From Nemertoderma westbladi (taxonomy: Eukaryota > Animalia > Xenacoelomorpha): a stretch of DNA of 64,000 nucleotides. Position numbers and translations under genes: made by a program. The notes under the pieces were generated by a model, which had not been told where the DNA came from, did no database searches, and worked only from the letters and a program-made list of their open reading frames with translations. Positions 45,570 through 58,400 of the stretch are shown here, piece after piece (the first letter of the stretch is position 1; each line of letters opens with the position of its first letter). Location: NCBI GenBank assembly GCA_032718475.1, contig JAUCBJ010006844.1, forward strand, positions 39,006 through 103,005, in the 5' to 3' direction.

Positions 45570-46873
45570 GACCATTGAGAGACTGCTCCGTGGAAATCAG
45601 AATGGGTTCCGTAAAGATCGTGGGACCATGGGGCCCATTTTGGCACTTAGAAGGATAATTGAAGAGTTATCAAAAGAGAAAGACAGGCATCTGGCTGTTA
45701 TCTTTGCTGACTTCTTCAAGGCCTTTGATTCAGTCTCTCGCTCACGTAAGTTCAGCATACTTTCATTATATGGGATTCCTGATGAAATTATTGCAGCAAT
45801 CAGATCAGTATACGATGGTTAACAACATTTGTGTCTACTGTTGACGGTGACACAGAACCATTTGAAGTGTTATGGGGCGTCTTCCAGGGAGACACACTTG
45901 CACCATTCTTGTTCATAATTGTGGTTGACTATGTTCTACGCACGTCCTTAGATCATCATAATGATGATGGGGTGTTGATAACTCCACCTACTGGCGCCAG
46001 AATTCGAGGAAATCCTGCCAAGTACCGGTACCTAACTGATCTATCTAGACTTTGCTGATGACTTAGGAGTACTCTCAGAATCACTAGAGGGAGCCCAACG
46101 GCTCCTCAGCTCATTAGAACATGCTGCTTCTAGTGTTGGTATTTTTATTAACTCCAGAAAGACCAAAATTTTGACAGTTAACTTTGAAAGTTCTCAGCAA
46201 GTCTCTGATCGGATGAGCATAAGCTCAAAGGATGGTATTCTTGAGCATGTGGACGACTTCTGTTACCTGGGATCATGGAACCGGAAGTCAGGTGAGGGAG
46301 GACCTTTGAATACGTAAGGGAAAGGCATGGGCAGCCTTGAATAGGCTTTCCAGGATTTGGAAGTAACCGAGAATTAATCAGAACCTTAAGGTCCGATTAT
46401 TTAGAGCAGCAGTAGTTCCAGTACTCCTCTATGGGATTCAATGCTGGGCTCTAACTGCTGAGGACACCAAATCTCTGGATGGCACATTCACAAGAATGCT
46501 ACGCCGGGTTCATTGTGTCAAGTACATTGCACACATCTCCAACCAGACACTATATAACATTGGAGGTGTCTCATTGGTCCCCCCAAGCTTGACACTAGAA
46601 CAAAATCGCCTCCGCTTTGCAGGACATTGCTTTCGCCGTGAGGACCAGCCAATGCATAATCTTGTACTTTGGCAGCCTCATGGAGTGAATAAGCAAGGTA
46701 GACAGCCCATGACTTTCTTGAGACGCATCTTAAAGGACACTGGCCTTGAAGATGCGGATGATCTAGCAAATGTCATGGGTGATAGGGAGTTGTGGTGGCG
46801 CAATTTTGTCGACCAGCCGGCACAGCATTCTTAAAAATGCAGCTGCAATGCAGCATGCCGATCCTAGTAGTAG
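45570..46873 (+). mobile_element. 5'-truncated, decayed RTE-clade LINE of a second family with (TAG)n tail
   Basis: NQNGFR, DFFKAFDS, GVFQGDTLAPFLF, DFADD, RLRFAGHCFR, LVLWQP. Ends CCTAGTAGTAG. Confidence 0.88.
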
Positions 46874-47455
46874 TCTACATACTGTATGGTATAATTGAGT
46901 TAGGTAAGTTACACAGGATTATAAGATATCTATCTAAATTTTAGTGTTGTAGTTTTTATCATCCATACACTAATTCAAAGAGTTAATAGGGCAAACACAC
47001 ACAAACACCACAAACACCAAACATGTGTTTAGTTTGTTAAATAGTTAATGTCCTAGAAATGTGACATTAAGGGATAGGATCAGGTTACAGGGGCGTTGTT
47101 TTCTAACCAAAACAACAAACCTAACTTTATTGTATATACGACCATTATAAACGATAAAAGCGTGAGGAATAAATTATTATTCTGATAGAGTTTGCATTCA
47201 TGTTGATATCAGATAAGTAGATAGCGGGACAATGAATTGCAATAATTATTTAATTATCACAATATTTCAACTGCCCTTGCGGTGGCCTTCCTCAGGTGAG
47301 GAATTTAATCAACTACTGTCATTATTAGCAAGTCGTAAGACTTGATTACTGTAAGAAAAAAAAGCTACTGGCTACTGACTACTGGCTACTGACCTAGAGC
47401 AAAAACGGCTCTAACGATTTTGATGAAATTTTGCATGGACCATGAAAATAGATTT

Positions 47456-49813
47456 CTAAGGGTACTTGTAAAAGCTTTTGCGTAATTAGTCGGTTATTTT
47501 CCCGTAAAGTACTCTGTAGTTGGTTTACCAGGCATAAAAAGGCCGTGTCCTTGCTGTACTGGTGTTTTAGAGGACATAAAAGTCATTTCTTCTGTATATG
47601 TACTTTAAAGGACATAATACGTAATTTCGTGACGCAATAGCTGGATACTCTTGAAAACAGTGTCGCTACCATGACGACGGCTAACAGCTGATATTGCCAC
47701 GTCGAACATTTCTTTGTTTCTTTGTTCTCTCTTGTTCGGTTGACCAATCAGAGCGCTTTTTGACTCTGTGTTGGAGGTTGTATACAGAAACTCATGAATT
47801 CAGTGTTATGTTTTTGCCCAGAGCCTAAGAACACCGGCTTTTGGCACCTCCGTGTTTTCAGTCTTTAGCTTAACATTAGTAGGCTTAATTATAGAGTGTA
47901 TATCTGTTATCGGTACATACCATACCATACCAACATACCAAAACTTGGTACTTGGTTTATATCATACATATCTTACTTAACATTACTGCTTTTACTGTCG
48001 GTTATTCATTATATTTGTTGATGGAATATTATATCGGAATACTGATCAACATTCAGACACCCCAATCTTCTTGATATACTAAAGGTTAGAGAGACTGGTT
48101 ACATATAAACGATTGCGACCTATGTTAAGTGGTTTGAAGTGAATCTAATGCTATTTCATAGGCTCGACATAAATTGTCTGTTGCTCTCTTTATACGTGAC
48201 TAAATTTAGTGAAGGTCGGCAGATTAGTGTGCAGTATCGTGCAGCATTGTGTATGATTGTAACTGATAACAAAGCATATCCTAAAGAATGCGCCATATAC
48301 ACAAATCTATAGCCATTACGTTGTGTCTAGTTTAAGTCATAACTCTGTTTACATATTTAGAGCGCCACGCCCTAAAGGAACTGTTAATATTTCCCGAAAG
48401 TGAATAATATTTGTCAGAGATTATATATTACGATCAGTCGAATAATACAGTAGGCTTACACCATCAATCAAGTTAAGCTTCCGAATTCAGTCTCCCGGGT
48501 ATATCCAGCGGGTGAATGATTGCGCACAGACTGGCTTCGGCTAATGTAGTGTATCAAATACTCGTCATAGGCTAAAGACTATCTATCATCCAAAAGACAT
48601 CCCAATTTGGTAGGTTAAACTGCCAAAGGTCTTGCCTAAGGGTACTTGTAAAAGCTTTTGCGTAATTAGTCGGTTATTTTCCCGTAAAGTACTCTGTAGT
48701 TGGTTTACCAGGCATAAAAAGGCCGTGTCCTTGCTGTACTGGTGTTTTAGAGGACATAAAAGTCATTTCTTCTGTATATGTACTTTAAAGGACATAATCC
48801 GTAATTTCGTGACGCAATAGCTGGATACTCTTGAAAACAGTGTCGCTACCATGACGACGGCAAACAGCTGATATTGCCACGTCGAACATTTCTTTGTTTC
48901 TTTGTTCTCTCTTGTTCGGTTGACCAATCAGAGCGCTTTTTGACTCTGTGTTGGAGGTTGTATACAGAAACTCATGAATTCAGTGTTATGTTTTTGCCCA
49001 GAGCCTAAGAACACCGGCTTTTGGCACCTCCGTGTTTTCAGTCTTTAGCTTAACATTAGTAGGCTTAATTATAGAGTGTATATCTGTTATCGGTACATAC
49101 CATACCATACCAACATACCAAAACTTGGTACTTGGTTTATATCATACATATCTTACTTAACATTACTGCTTTTACTGTCGGTTATTCATTATATTTGTTG
49201 ATGGAATATTATATCGGAATACTGATCAACATTCAGACACCCCAATCTTCTTGATATACTAAAGGTTAGAGAGACCGGTTACATATAAACGATTGCGACC
49301 TATGTTAAGTGGTTTGAAGTGAATCTAATGCTATTTCATAGGCTCGACATAAATTGTCTGTTGCTCTCTTTATACGTGACTAAATTTAGTGAAGGTCGGC
49401 AGATTAGTGTGCAGTATCGTGCAGCATTGTGTATGATTGTAACTGATAACAAAGCATCTCCTAAAGAATGCGCCATATACACAAATCTATAGCCATTTCG
49501 TTGTGTCTAGTTTAAGTCATAACTCTGTTTACATATTTAGAGCGCCACGCCCTAAAGGAACTGTTAATATTTCCCGAAAGTGAATAATATTTGTCAGAGA
49601 TTATATATTACGATCAGTCGAATAATACAGTAGGCTTACACCATCAATCAAGTTAAGCTTCCGAATTCAGTCTCCCGGGTATATCCAGCGGGTGAATGAT
49701 TGCGCACAGACTGGCTTCGGCTAATGTAGTGTATCAAATACTCGTCATAGGCTAAAGACTATCTATCATCCAAAAGACATCCCAATTTGGTAGGTTAAAC
49801 TGCCAAAGGTCTT
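47456..49813 (+). repeat. Tandem duplication (1180-bp period) of the 5' LTR region of element B, including 11 bp of flank
   Basis: 47456-48633 = 48636-49813 with about five substitutions seen. Both copies start CTAAGGGTACT-TGTAAAAGC. Confidence 0.93.
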
Positions 49814-51743
49814 AAAAGCGCAAACAATAACAGATATTGCTTCTAGATTGCGGTGTAAGCAATCTAGTCGAAAGTACCGGTCAACCGGTAATCTGTAGGC
49901 CTAACTGCCTGATCACCCGGACCGGTACCTACAGCAGTACAGGTACAGCAGTATTATTCGATTGTGGTATTGTATACCGGTAGGCCTTAATAATTAATCA
50001 GGGACTGCAGCCCTGGTTTTTTATTGAGACTTTTACTTATTTCTGTCAGTTTTTATTTACTAGTAGGCTGATATTGAGCAGAAGGCGTGTAAGCCTGCTC
50101 AGATTGTACAGATAATTTGTAGGCTTGACTGTTGTCTAACTGTTGTTAAGTCTGAACGGGTTGCAGTGTGTGTAGAGCATCTGTCCGATAAAGTGCTAGT
50201 TGGGAAAGTAGGGGCTTCAAGTGCTGTGAGGTAAACCCCCTGTGAAAGAATAAGTCGTACTACTGGGTTAGAACGCATACTAACTAATCATTTCGGAGTC
50301 TGCATATACCGTAGTTTGTTTAGGCTTGATAGTAGTCGGTCAGTATTTGGTCTGCATTTTGTTTGAGTAGTTTGTACGCGTAGCGTAATATTTATTATTC
50401 AGAGTTTATGCTATTATTCGCAACATTCATTCCCCAAGTTTATTCCTACAGTAATTGTGCTTGTTATACATACCGTTATAGTTAAACTAACCCCAGTACT
50501 ACATCAGGGCTGCTCGGCGTAGGTAAAGGCTGGAGATTGTATGCTTTGGTCACTCCGGCAGATACCGTGGTTCTTTTAGCTGTTCAAGTATTTTTAACGA
50601 CTGATTATTTGTTGTACAAGTATTTGTACCTAATTTAGGGTTTAGTGTACAGTGCTTTCCGAAGGTAATTAGCGTGTAGGCAGTATATTTGTGTTGTAAA
50701 GTGGTTAATAGGCACGTCGGTTCTGGTAGACCGCGGTAATTAACTTCTGGGTAGGAACACTCCGTGATACATAACGTAGTACCTATAGCGATACGGCTAT
50801 AGGTCGTCAGACGGTGGCATTTTCCTATCTGGACAGCGCAATATATTTACTACTACTTATTATTGTCAAATACCGTAGTAACCTGTCCGTTGTAATAACC
50901 AGATATTCTAACCCTTTGTTAGGCTGGTTAGTAGACTTCTTGTAAAATTACCCTAAAAATTCGTATTTGTGTATTATTTTGTAATTAAATTTTTGTGTTT
51001 ATTTAGAGATTGTAATCTCACCTCGATTTGTATGTAATTTGTAGTATTAAGTAACTTAGGTAAATTATAATTATTTGTTTTAGTGTCTAACAAGTAGCAC
51101 TCCACTGAGAGCGCACAGCTTCTGTGTAGTGACTCCCCCCCAGAAATAATAATATTTATTTCAAACATTGACAAAAACCCATTTAAACGGGTATATATAT
51201 ATATTATAAATCAACTCAAACGATTTATAAATAGTAGGCCTGCCATACAACAATTAGGTCTCAATATCAGTTGGACTACTGCTTAAATAACGGTAATAAA
51301 GTAAGTTAAAGTAACCAAGTAACCCTTAAAATTCAGAAATTCAATTATTCTAAAATAATTGATATACCGGTATTTACAATAGGCTTATTATCTTTATTTC
51401 TATAAATTTAGGTTGAAATTATACCGGTATTCTGTAATTAATTCTAGTCTGTAATTATACTTATATATATACATTATAAGTGTAAGCTGTATACCGGTAT
51501 TCACGATAGGCCTATTATATATTTATATATATTTGTGCTAAATTTATATACCGGTATTCTGAGAAAAACCTAGTCTGTAATAAAATTTATATATACTATA
51601 AGCATACCGGTATTCTAATATATTATATTATATATATATCACGCTACACGGAGTAGCAGTATCGGTAATTAATTACTAGGCTAGCAGTTAATACTGAATT
51701 ACTAGACTTGCTTAGACTGTAATATAGCAGTAGGCATTCAACT

Positions 51744-54700
51744 GTGCACACAAACATGTCTGATACTAAGCAGAACCAGTCAGACAGTTTATTAGATGTA
51801 ACTATCTGCGACTCAGATAGAGGTGTAGAACCGTCTAGTCCTAAGTTCAGTTCACCTCCCACTGTGAGGAAGGTCATCCCTCCAGTAGTAATATCAGAAC
51901 CTAGGCTGGTCCAACACCATAGGTCTATCATAGGCACTCGAGCTCAGGTCAAGCGGGACCAAGAAGCAGCGGAACAGCAACAACCCGCGAGCCAAGAACT
52001 TATTTCTCAGCGGCCCGACAGCTCCAGTAGTGAAGATACTGCAGAGCTGACACCCGAGCGCGGAGTGAAGATGACGGATGCTGTTTATTCGGATCCCCTT
52101 CTCATCCTTCCTGCAGCCGTACTCACTAGGATATTGATCGCGGTGGAAGAACACCAGATCGATTGGGCGAGAAGTCAGCGATCAACTAAAGATAGTTATG
52201 CGGGATACACAAGGGAAGAACTGAAGTCTATTGTCGAGTCGCAATGGAACTTCCCCGGACCCGGACTCCCGTTTGATTTATCAGAAGCTGCCTGGGAAGA
52301 CATACACCGGATGGGAGTAGCCAAGGAAACCATCGATCCAGCTGTGTGGAAGAGGTCCGCAGCCGGATACGCACAGGGATTCTTCAGCTCTATGGAGCGA
52401 GTAAAAGGACAACTGTTTCAACAACCACAAGGACCTCAAGAGCAGGGACAACTGCTTTATCAAGTTAGAGAAAGAATTCTGCGAATCAGACTAATCTTAT
52501 CGGCCTTTGAGGAGGCTTCTAAAAGAAGACAAGACACGTCGTTGCAAGTTGCCGTAAAGACTTGGTTTCAACGGGTGAGTCTCCAGGTTCAAGGAACGGC
52601 TCAGTGGAAAGCTCAGCTGGAGGAGCGCTCAACCCATGGAGAATCAACAGACGCTACTTTTTCCCAAGTGGAAAGTGAAGCGACGGCAGAGAAGCTGCAT
52701 AAGAGGGATGCCATTGACATCTATCTGTCAGACTATCAACGTTTTTTAGGTGATGAAGAGTTGAGGAGAAGGTTAGATGGACTTAGCCCTAATAGTGAAG
52801 GAACTCAGCGTGTGTTGGATGCCATCGATGTGGAAATGAGGGCTGCGAACCAGGCTAAATTTGATGAACAACTCCGCATCACACGAGTCCAAGAAGAACA
52901 AGTAAAGAAAAAACGTATAGAAGACAGAAAGAAAGCAGCAGTAGCAGCTGCCGAAGCGGAAAGGAAAGCAGCCGAAGAGGAAAGTAAAGCAGCCGAAATG
53001 GGAAGAAAAGCGGCAGCGGCAGCGGCAGCGGCAGAGGCAGAAGCGAAAAGAAAAGCAGCCGAAATGGAAAGAAAAGCGGCAATGGCAGCGACAGAAGCAG
53101 AACGGATAGCGGCTGAAGAGATCGCCCAATTAGAACTGGAAAATATTCAGGAGAATCAAGACTGCATAAATAAACAGTTAACAGCTAGTAATATGCAGAT
53201 GATGAATCGATCTACTCCCAAAAGACAGGGATATACATCATCTGAGGAAGGCGATACCACCGATACTGAAGGCAAAGGAAATAGATCTCGTCTAAGCAGA
53301 CGTAAAAGAACATCCCACCGTCAGAAATTGCCTGATTTGCCTCCAGCTGTTAGAAGGCAACTAAATAACACCAACTTAGGTAGTACAGAACCCACAGACC
53401 AAATAATTACAATAGAAAGACTCCCTACTATAGTAGATGAGCCTGAAATAATTAGGCCTGTTCTTGAAATCACCCCTTCGGTGATAGAGACACCTGTGCT
53501 CCCTGAACCTACCTCTAAATTCCCTCTGCACAGCACTAAGCTACCTGTGCCCAGTAGAACAGCCCATGAGACAGTTCAGGTCCTGGACTCCGAGCGAAAT
53601 ATTCATGATTTGTCGCCCGTTGTCCCTCGTCCGCCCGCTACAACGTTGGCGAATCCCGCTTCGGCGGTCGAATGGGTGGATGAGAGACGACGGGGGATGG
53701 ATCTCCTGCTCGGACAGATGCAGGAGACCGTTCAGCAATTCAAGGGCACAGTAAGGGAAAGTAGGTTAGAGTTGCAAGAAGTGCAGCAAAGTATCGCGCT
53801 AGAACGCGATAAATTAGTAAATACACAAAGGGGTATACCACCACCCCCTGTAACAATGTGTCAACCTGTTAGGTCTGAAGTATCTCATGCGCAAGGTGTG
53901 GAGCCTACACGCATCTATACTGCTAGCGAAGTAGAAACTCCTATAGTGAACCCTATTAAGGGTAATTATAGACCTGTTGATAATGACATTCCCTATAGAC
54001 CTGATCATAATCCGAGAAATTTATATACCGATAACTCGATATTAAATAACACGATGGCCCAAGAAAGTTTTACGCGTCAAATGGCTAGAACCGAAGCCCG
54101 GCAAGCGGTAAAGGTGGGAGAGATAGTCAAGTTCAATGGAGATGAGATGAAATGGTTACCTTTTAATGAATATTATAAAGATAACATACAGAACTCTGTA
54201 CTATCTAATGGAGAGAAACTTAGATTCCTCATCGAGTGCTTGGAAGGATCTCCCAAGTTAATGGCGTTAAAGTTTATTGGACATCCAGACGGATTAAGAC
54301 AAGTTTGGGATACACTAAACATCAGGTATGGTAATAGGAATAACATAGCTAAATATTTGTATGCAAAATTAGTAGCGCCCCGAAAGTTCATTAGCAGCGG
54401 GATAATAGAGTTTTCCGATGAGATTCAAGAGATCTGTAGACAATTAGATTGGTTAGGTAAGTCTCATGAATATCAGAGTTCTATGGTTATTGGAGCCGTG
54501 GCTTCTACTTTACCGAAGGGTGGAGTAGGTACACGCTGGGATAAGAAAGTGTTATATATGATGGAACAACAACGACGAGACCCTACCATGGCTGATCTCA
54601 TGTCATTCCTAGATGGAGAAGTGAAATTACAGCTCCTAAAACTGTCCAGAGAGAAGACACCGGAAAACAAGGTAAGTGAAAAACCCGTCTCTAGGAGAAA

Positions 54701-54995
54701 GGTAACACCAGTGTGTTATACAGACGACGGCGAAAGCCAGACTTCTCAAGGAGAGGATAGCGGGAAAGACACTGACAGATCTTATTACGTCAATAAAATG
54801 CCTAAAGACCAGGTAAGTAAATTCAAGTCTCGAACCAATGACAGGAGAGAACAGGTAAGAAAAACTCCTCCTACGTCTCCTAAGAGAATTCAGGTGAGAA
54901 AGCCCGAAGAAAAAACAAGTGTACACAATGTTACTCAAAGTAAGGTAAGTAACATCAAACTGAAATGTGCGCTATGTGACGGACCCATCGCTTGA
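51744..54995 (+). CDS. gag: gag of element B (likely ATG at 51756), frameshifted in the first Cys/His motif
   Basis: KFNGDEMKWLPF/EKLRFL gag core and A/E/K-rich coiled-coil. Restoring one C at ~54985 gives CALCDGPHRLNMC. Confidence 0.9.
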   Translation: MHTNMSDTKQNQSDSLLDVTICDSDRGVEPSSPKFSSPPTVRKVIPPVVISEPRLVQHHRSIIGTRAQVKRDQEAAEQQQPASQELISQRPDSSSSEDTAELTPERGVKMTDAVYSDPLLILPAAVLTRILIAVEEHQIDWARSQRSTKDSYAGYTREELKSIVESQWNFPGPGLPFDLSEAAWEDIHRMGVAKETIDPAVWKRSAAGYAQGFFSSMERVKGQLFQQPQGPQEQGQLLYQVRERILRIRLILSAFEEASKRRQDTSLQVAVKTWFQRVSLQVQGTAQWKAQLEERSTHGESTDATFSQVESEATAEKLHKRDAIDIYLSDYQRFLGDEELRRRLDGLSPNSEGTQRVLDAIDVEMRAANQAKFDEQLRITRVQEEQVKKKRIEDRKKAAVAAAEAERKAAEEESKAAEMGRKAAAAAAAAEAEAKRKAAEMERKAAMAATEAERIAAEEIAQLELENIQENQDCINKQLTASNMQMMNRSTPKRQGYTSSEEGDTTDTEGKGNRSRLSRRKRTSHRQKLPDLPPAVRRQLNNTNLGSTEPTDQIITIERLPTIVDEPEIIRPVLEITPSVIETPVLPEPTSKFPLHSTKLPVPSRTAHETVQVLDSERNIHDLSPVVPRPPATTLANPASAVEWVDERRRGMDLLLGQMQETVQQFKGTVRESRLELQEVQQSIALERDKLVNTQRGIPPPPVTMCQPVRSEVSHAQGVEPTRIYTASEVETPIVNPIKGNYRPVDNDIPYRPDHNPRNLYTDNSILNNTMAQESFTRQMARTEARQAVKVGEIVKFNGDEMKWLPFNEYYKDNIQNSVLSNGEKLRFLIECLEGSPKLMALKFIGHPDGLRQVWDTLNIRYGNRNNIAKYLYAKLVAPRKFISSGIIEFSDEIQEICRQLDWLGKSHEYQSSMVIGAVASTLPKGGVGTRWDKKVLYMMEQQRRDPTMADLMSFLDGEVKLQLLKLSREKTPENKVSEKPVSRRKVTPVCYTDDGESQTSQGEDSGKDTDRSYYVNKMPKDQVSKFKSRTNDRREQVRKTPPTSPKRIQVRKPEEKTSVHNVTQSKVSNIKLKCALCDGPIA

Positions 54996-55426
54996 ATATG
55001 TGTGATGAATTCCTAAAGAAATCATTAACTGAGAGACGGGAAGTCATGTGGGATAAGCGGTTGTGTTATAATTGCCTCAGACAAGGACACCAACGACGAA
55101 CCTGTTACTCCGACACAAGGTGTGCAAAGTGCGGTGTGAAACATCATATCTTGTTGCACACTGAATTCGAGCGAAATAGTCCGAGTCAGGTAAGTGATTC
55201 CGAACTACATGTCCAATTCAGTGATGTGAACGACACTGATCAATCTGAGATGGAAGGATTCTATACAGACGAGTTCTCCGACGAAAACGAATCCTGTTAC
55301 ATGATAAATACCGCAGTGTATCGAGCGCTCACTTATGAAAAAGATACAGAAAGTGACCTCACTCTAACTACTTCTGATCGACAACCATTTTGGAAAGCGC
55401 CAACTTCCAATGTAGGGATTAGATAA
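54992..55426 (+). CDS. gag Cys/His region of element B (fragment between frameshift and nonsense codon)
   Basis: CYNCLRQGHQRRTC, CAKCGVKHHILLH. In frame with 55433-59863 across a TAA. Confidence 0.88.
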   Translation: MNMCDEFLKKSLTERREVMWDKRLCYNCLRQGHQRRTCYSDTRCAKCGVKHHILLHTEFERNSPSQVSDSELHVQFSDVNDTDQSEMEGFYTDEFSDENESCYMINTAVYRALTYEKDTESDLTLTTSDRQPFWKAPTSNVGIR

Positions 55427-55432
55427 TTTCCT

Positions 55433-58400
55433 GTGGTACAGGTAAGGGTCCACGGACCAAAAAGGAGTTATGTAGTGAACGCCCTCCTTGACTCCGGTAG
55501 TACAGGAACATTCATCGACAAAGAGCTAGCCGAAGACATATTTGCTGGACAACCCAAGTTCCGAACTAAGCTAAACATGTCAGGAATTATGCAGGTTTGG
55601 AAATCTACAGTAACAGCGGATTATTATGTAGGTGCGTTGTCCACCCCCCAGGACGAACTAGGAGAACATAGCATAAGGTCAGTGAAAATGGTGGCAATAA
55701 AGAACTTCGCTACCACTCAAGTGGAACCTTATAACTGGGACGAGGACGATTTCGCCCAGCAGATGGAAATACCTAGATTCAACACCGATTACCCTGGAGT
55801 GCAAATACTCATCGGTCAAAACGCGCATGAAGCGCTCGAGACATTGGAGAAACGGCCCGCTCAACCGCAACCATTACAACCTTATGCGGTAAGAACTAGA
55901 GTGGGTTGGTACTTCACTGGCCCTTCCCGTAGAACTCTCATGGAAAGATTGCCGAAAGATCAGGTGTATCAAGTGCGAGAATGGAAAGTTGAGAACAGTG
56001 AATTAGACGATCCAACTGAGGGAACTCCATACTCCTCAGACAACGACGATATACATCAACTTTTTGACGAGGAGAATGCCATCGATCTCCTTAAGGAAAA
56101 TGAGACTTGGCAAAACCAAGTAAATTTATGTCAACTCCTTCTTCCATCAGATCGAGACGACTATAACGACGAGCTTAATGACGTCATTGAACGTTATAAT
56201 GCCAAGACTCGGGATGAACACGCCGTGAGATTCTTTACTCAAGAGGCTGTAGAGCCCAACTCCTACGATAAGGCCCTATCGGTGGAGGAAGAAAGAGCCA
56301 AGCAGATCCAAGCGACAACTACGCGTTTTCTTAAAGATCAAGGTAGATATGAGATCGGTCTTCCTTTCCGAAAGCGAGAACCAAAGTTCATTAACAACAG
56401 ACCCTTGGCGGAGAAAAGAATTGCTCAACTACATCGACGCCTTACGGCAAATTCTTCAGCTAAAGAAATGTATCAAACGCAGTTGAAGAAGTTTATAAAC
56501 AAGGGATATGCGGAGCTAGTACCGGAAGAAACACCTATAACTGAGAGAACGTATTATTTAACTCACCATTACGTTCCCAAACCCGGTAAACCCCATGAAG
56601 TACGAGTGGTGTTTGACGGCTCCGCCCTCTATATGGGCCAATCCCTTAATTCTGAATTGTTACCCGGACCCAACTTACTCCAATCCTTGTTGGGAATACT
56701 ATTAAGATTAAGACAATATTCCATTGCTTTCGCCTCAGATATAGAAGGCATGTTCTTACAAGTCAAAGCGCTGGATAGGGATCGAGATAGCCTACGATTT
56801 CTGTGGTGGCCTGAAGGAGACCTCAACCAGAAACCGGTGGAGTACTGGATGACCATCCAAGCCTTCGGGATAATCTCGAGCCCTTCAAACGCCTGTTCCG
56901 TGGTGCGCACTACTGCGGATGACAACCGAGACGCCTTCTCTAAAGAGGTGATTGACAACATCAAGAGAGACATCTACATGGACGATAATCTAAAGTCCCT
57001 TCCATCAGTCGCAGAAGCCATTGAGGTCGCTAAAGGAACGGTAGAGTGCTTAAAGAAAGGTGGATTTCGATTAACTAAATTCACCAGCAACTCCCGTGAG
57101 TTTCTGGAGTCGATCCCGGTAGAAGATCGAGGAACAAAAGACCTAGATCTAATAAAGGATGATCTCCCAGAGACTAAAACCCTCGGTTTGAAATGGGACA
57201 CCGAAAGAGACATCCTGTTTTTCCAACTAAAACAGCGAGATAATCCAGTTCGGACTAAACGGATTTGTCTAAGTATCTTGAGCACTTATTTCGATCCATT
57301 GGGATTTATTAGCCCAGTTATATTGATTGCTCGGAGTTTAGTACAACAAATGTGGCTTGAAAACCACTCATGGGACGATCCACTTAAGGGAGAATTATTA
57401 AAGAAGTGGATGAAATGGGAAGATTCTCTACCGGCCATCGAGAACTTTATAATTTCCCGTTCATATTTTGGTCATGTTCTCCCTACGTATTCCTATCAAC
57501 TCCATGTGTTTGGAGACGCCAGCGATATGGGAATAGGTATAGTAGCCTACCTAAGGGTGGAAACTCCGGACGGAATCAAAGTCGCCTTAGTTACCTCTAA
57601 GGCATTGATAAACAACAAGTTGAAAGTTCCTCGAGCGGAGTTAAAAGCGGCTCTATACGCTACAGCCATCGGCCGGAATGTAACAGAACAGATTGATTAT
57701 CCACTGGAGAAAACTGTCTATTGGACCGACGCTTTACTCGTGTTGGAGTATATAACCAATGAAGTCTGTCAGTTCAGCGTCTTCGTTACCAACAGAGTAG
57801 CCATTATACTCAGTCGCACAATGATGGATCAATGGAGACATTGCCCCGGAACGATTAACCCAGCAGACATCGCCTCCAGGGGAGCAACTCCACAAGAACT
57901 AGTAGATACTCCAGACTGGTTAGGTGGACCCGACTTCCTCTACAAAGAAGAAGAAGAATGGCCTCCTCATCTTACTACAGCAGAAATTAGACAGGCCAAG
58001 GGAGCGGAGAAAGTCAAACTTAAAACCCGGGCGAGTAAATCGAAGTTATTCAAACCCATGGTAGATCTGTCTGTACTACATACTTCCGGAGACGACGCTT
58101 CGGATCAGAAACCAACAGCCACAAATAAACTCGTTGTGGAAATCCGTGAGAAGGATTGGAAATCTGGGATACCAGACGTCTCGCAAGGACTCTCACCTCT
58201 TCTGCAGAGAGCGATACATCACTACAGTTCCTGGAATCGGCTCTGTAAGGCCGTTACATATTTAAAGAGATGTTTTCACCATCACTACTCCGGGACGAAG
58301 GCCAAAGGTGATACCGCTCCAATAACATCAGTGCAAGTCCATGTTATTAAAGATCTTCCCAACTATAAGATACCCGACAAGTTTCTGAAGGAGAAGATCA

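Noticed and set aside
47360-47466. Non-autonomous Helitron-like element interrupted by element B
   Set aside because: ACGGCTCTAACGATTTTGATGAAATTTT and the GCTACTG microrepeats are suggestive, but no termini can be defined in the window.
54980-55432. Programmed gag/pol frameshift or readthrough in element B
   Set aside because: The shift breaks a conserved Cys/His motif and element A is open through both sites, so these are best explained as mutations.
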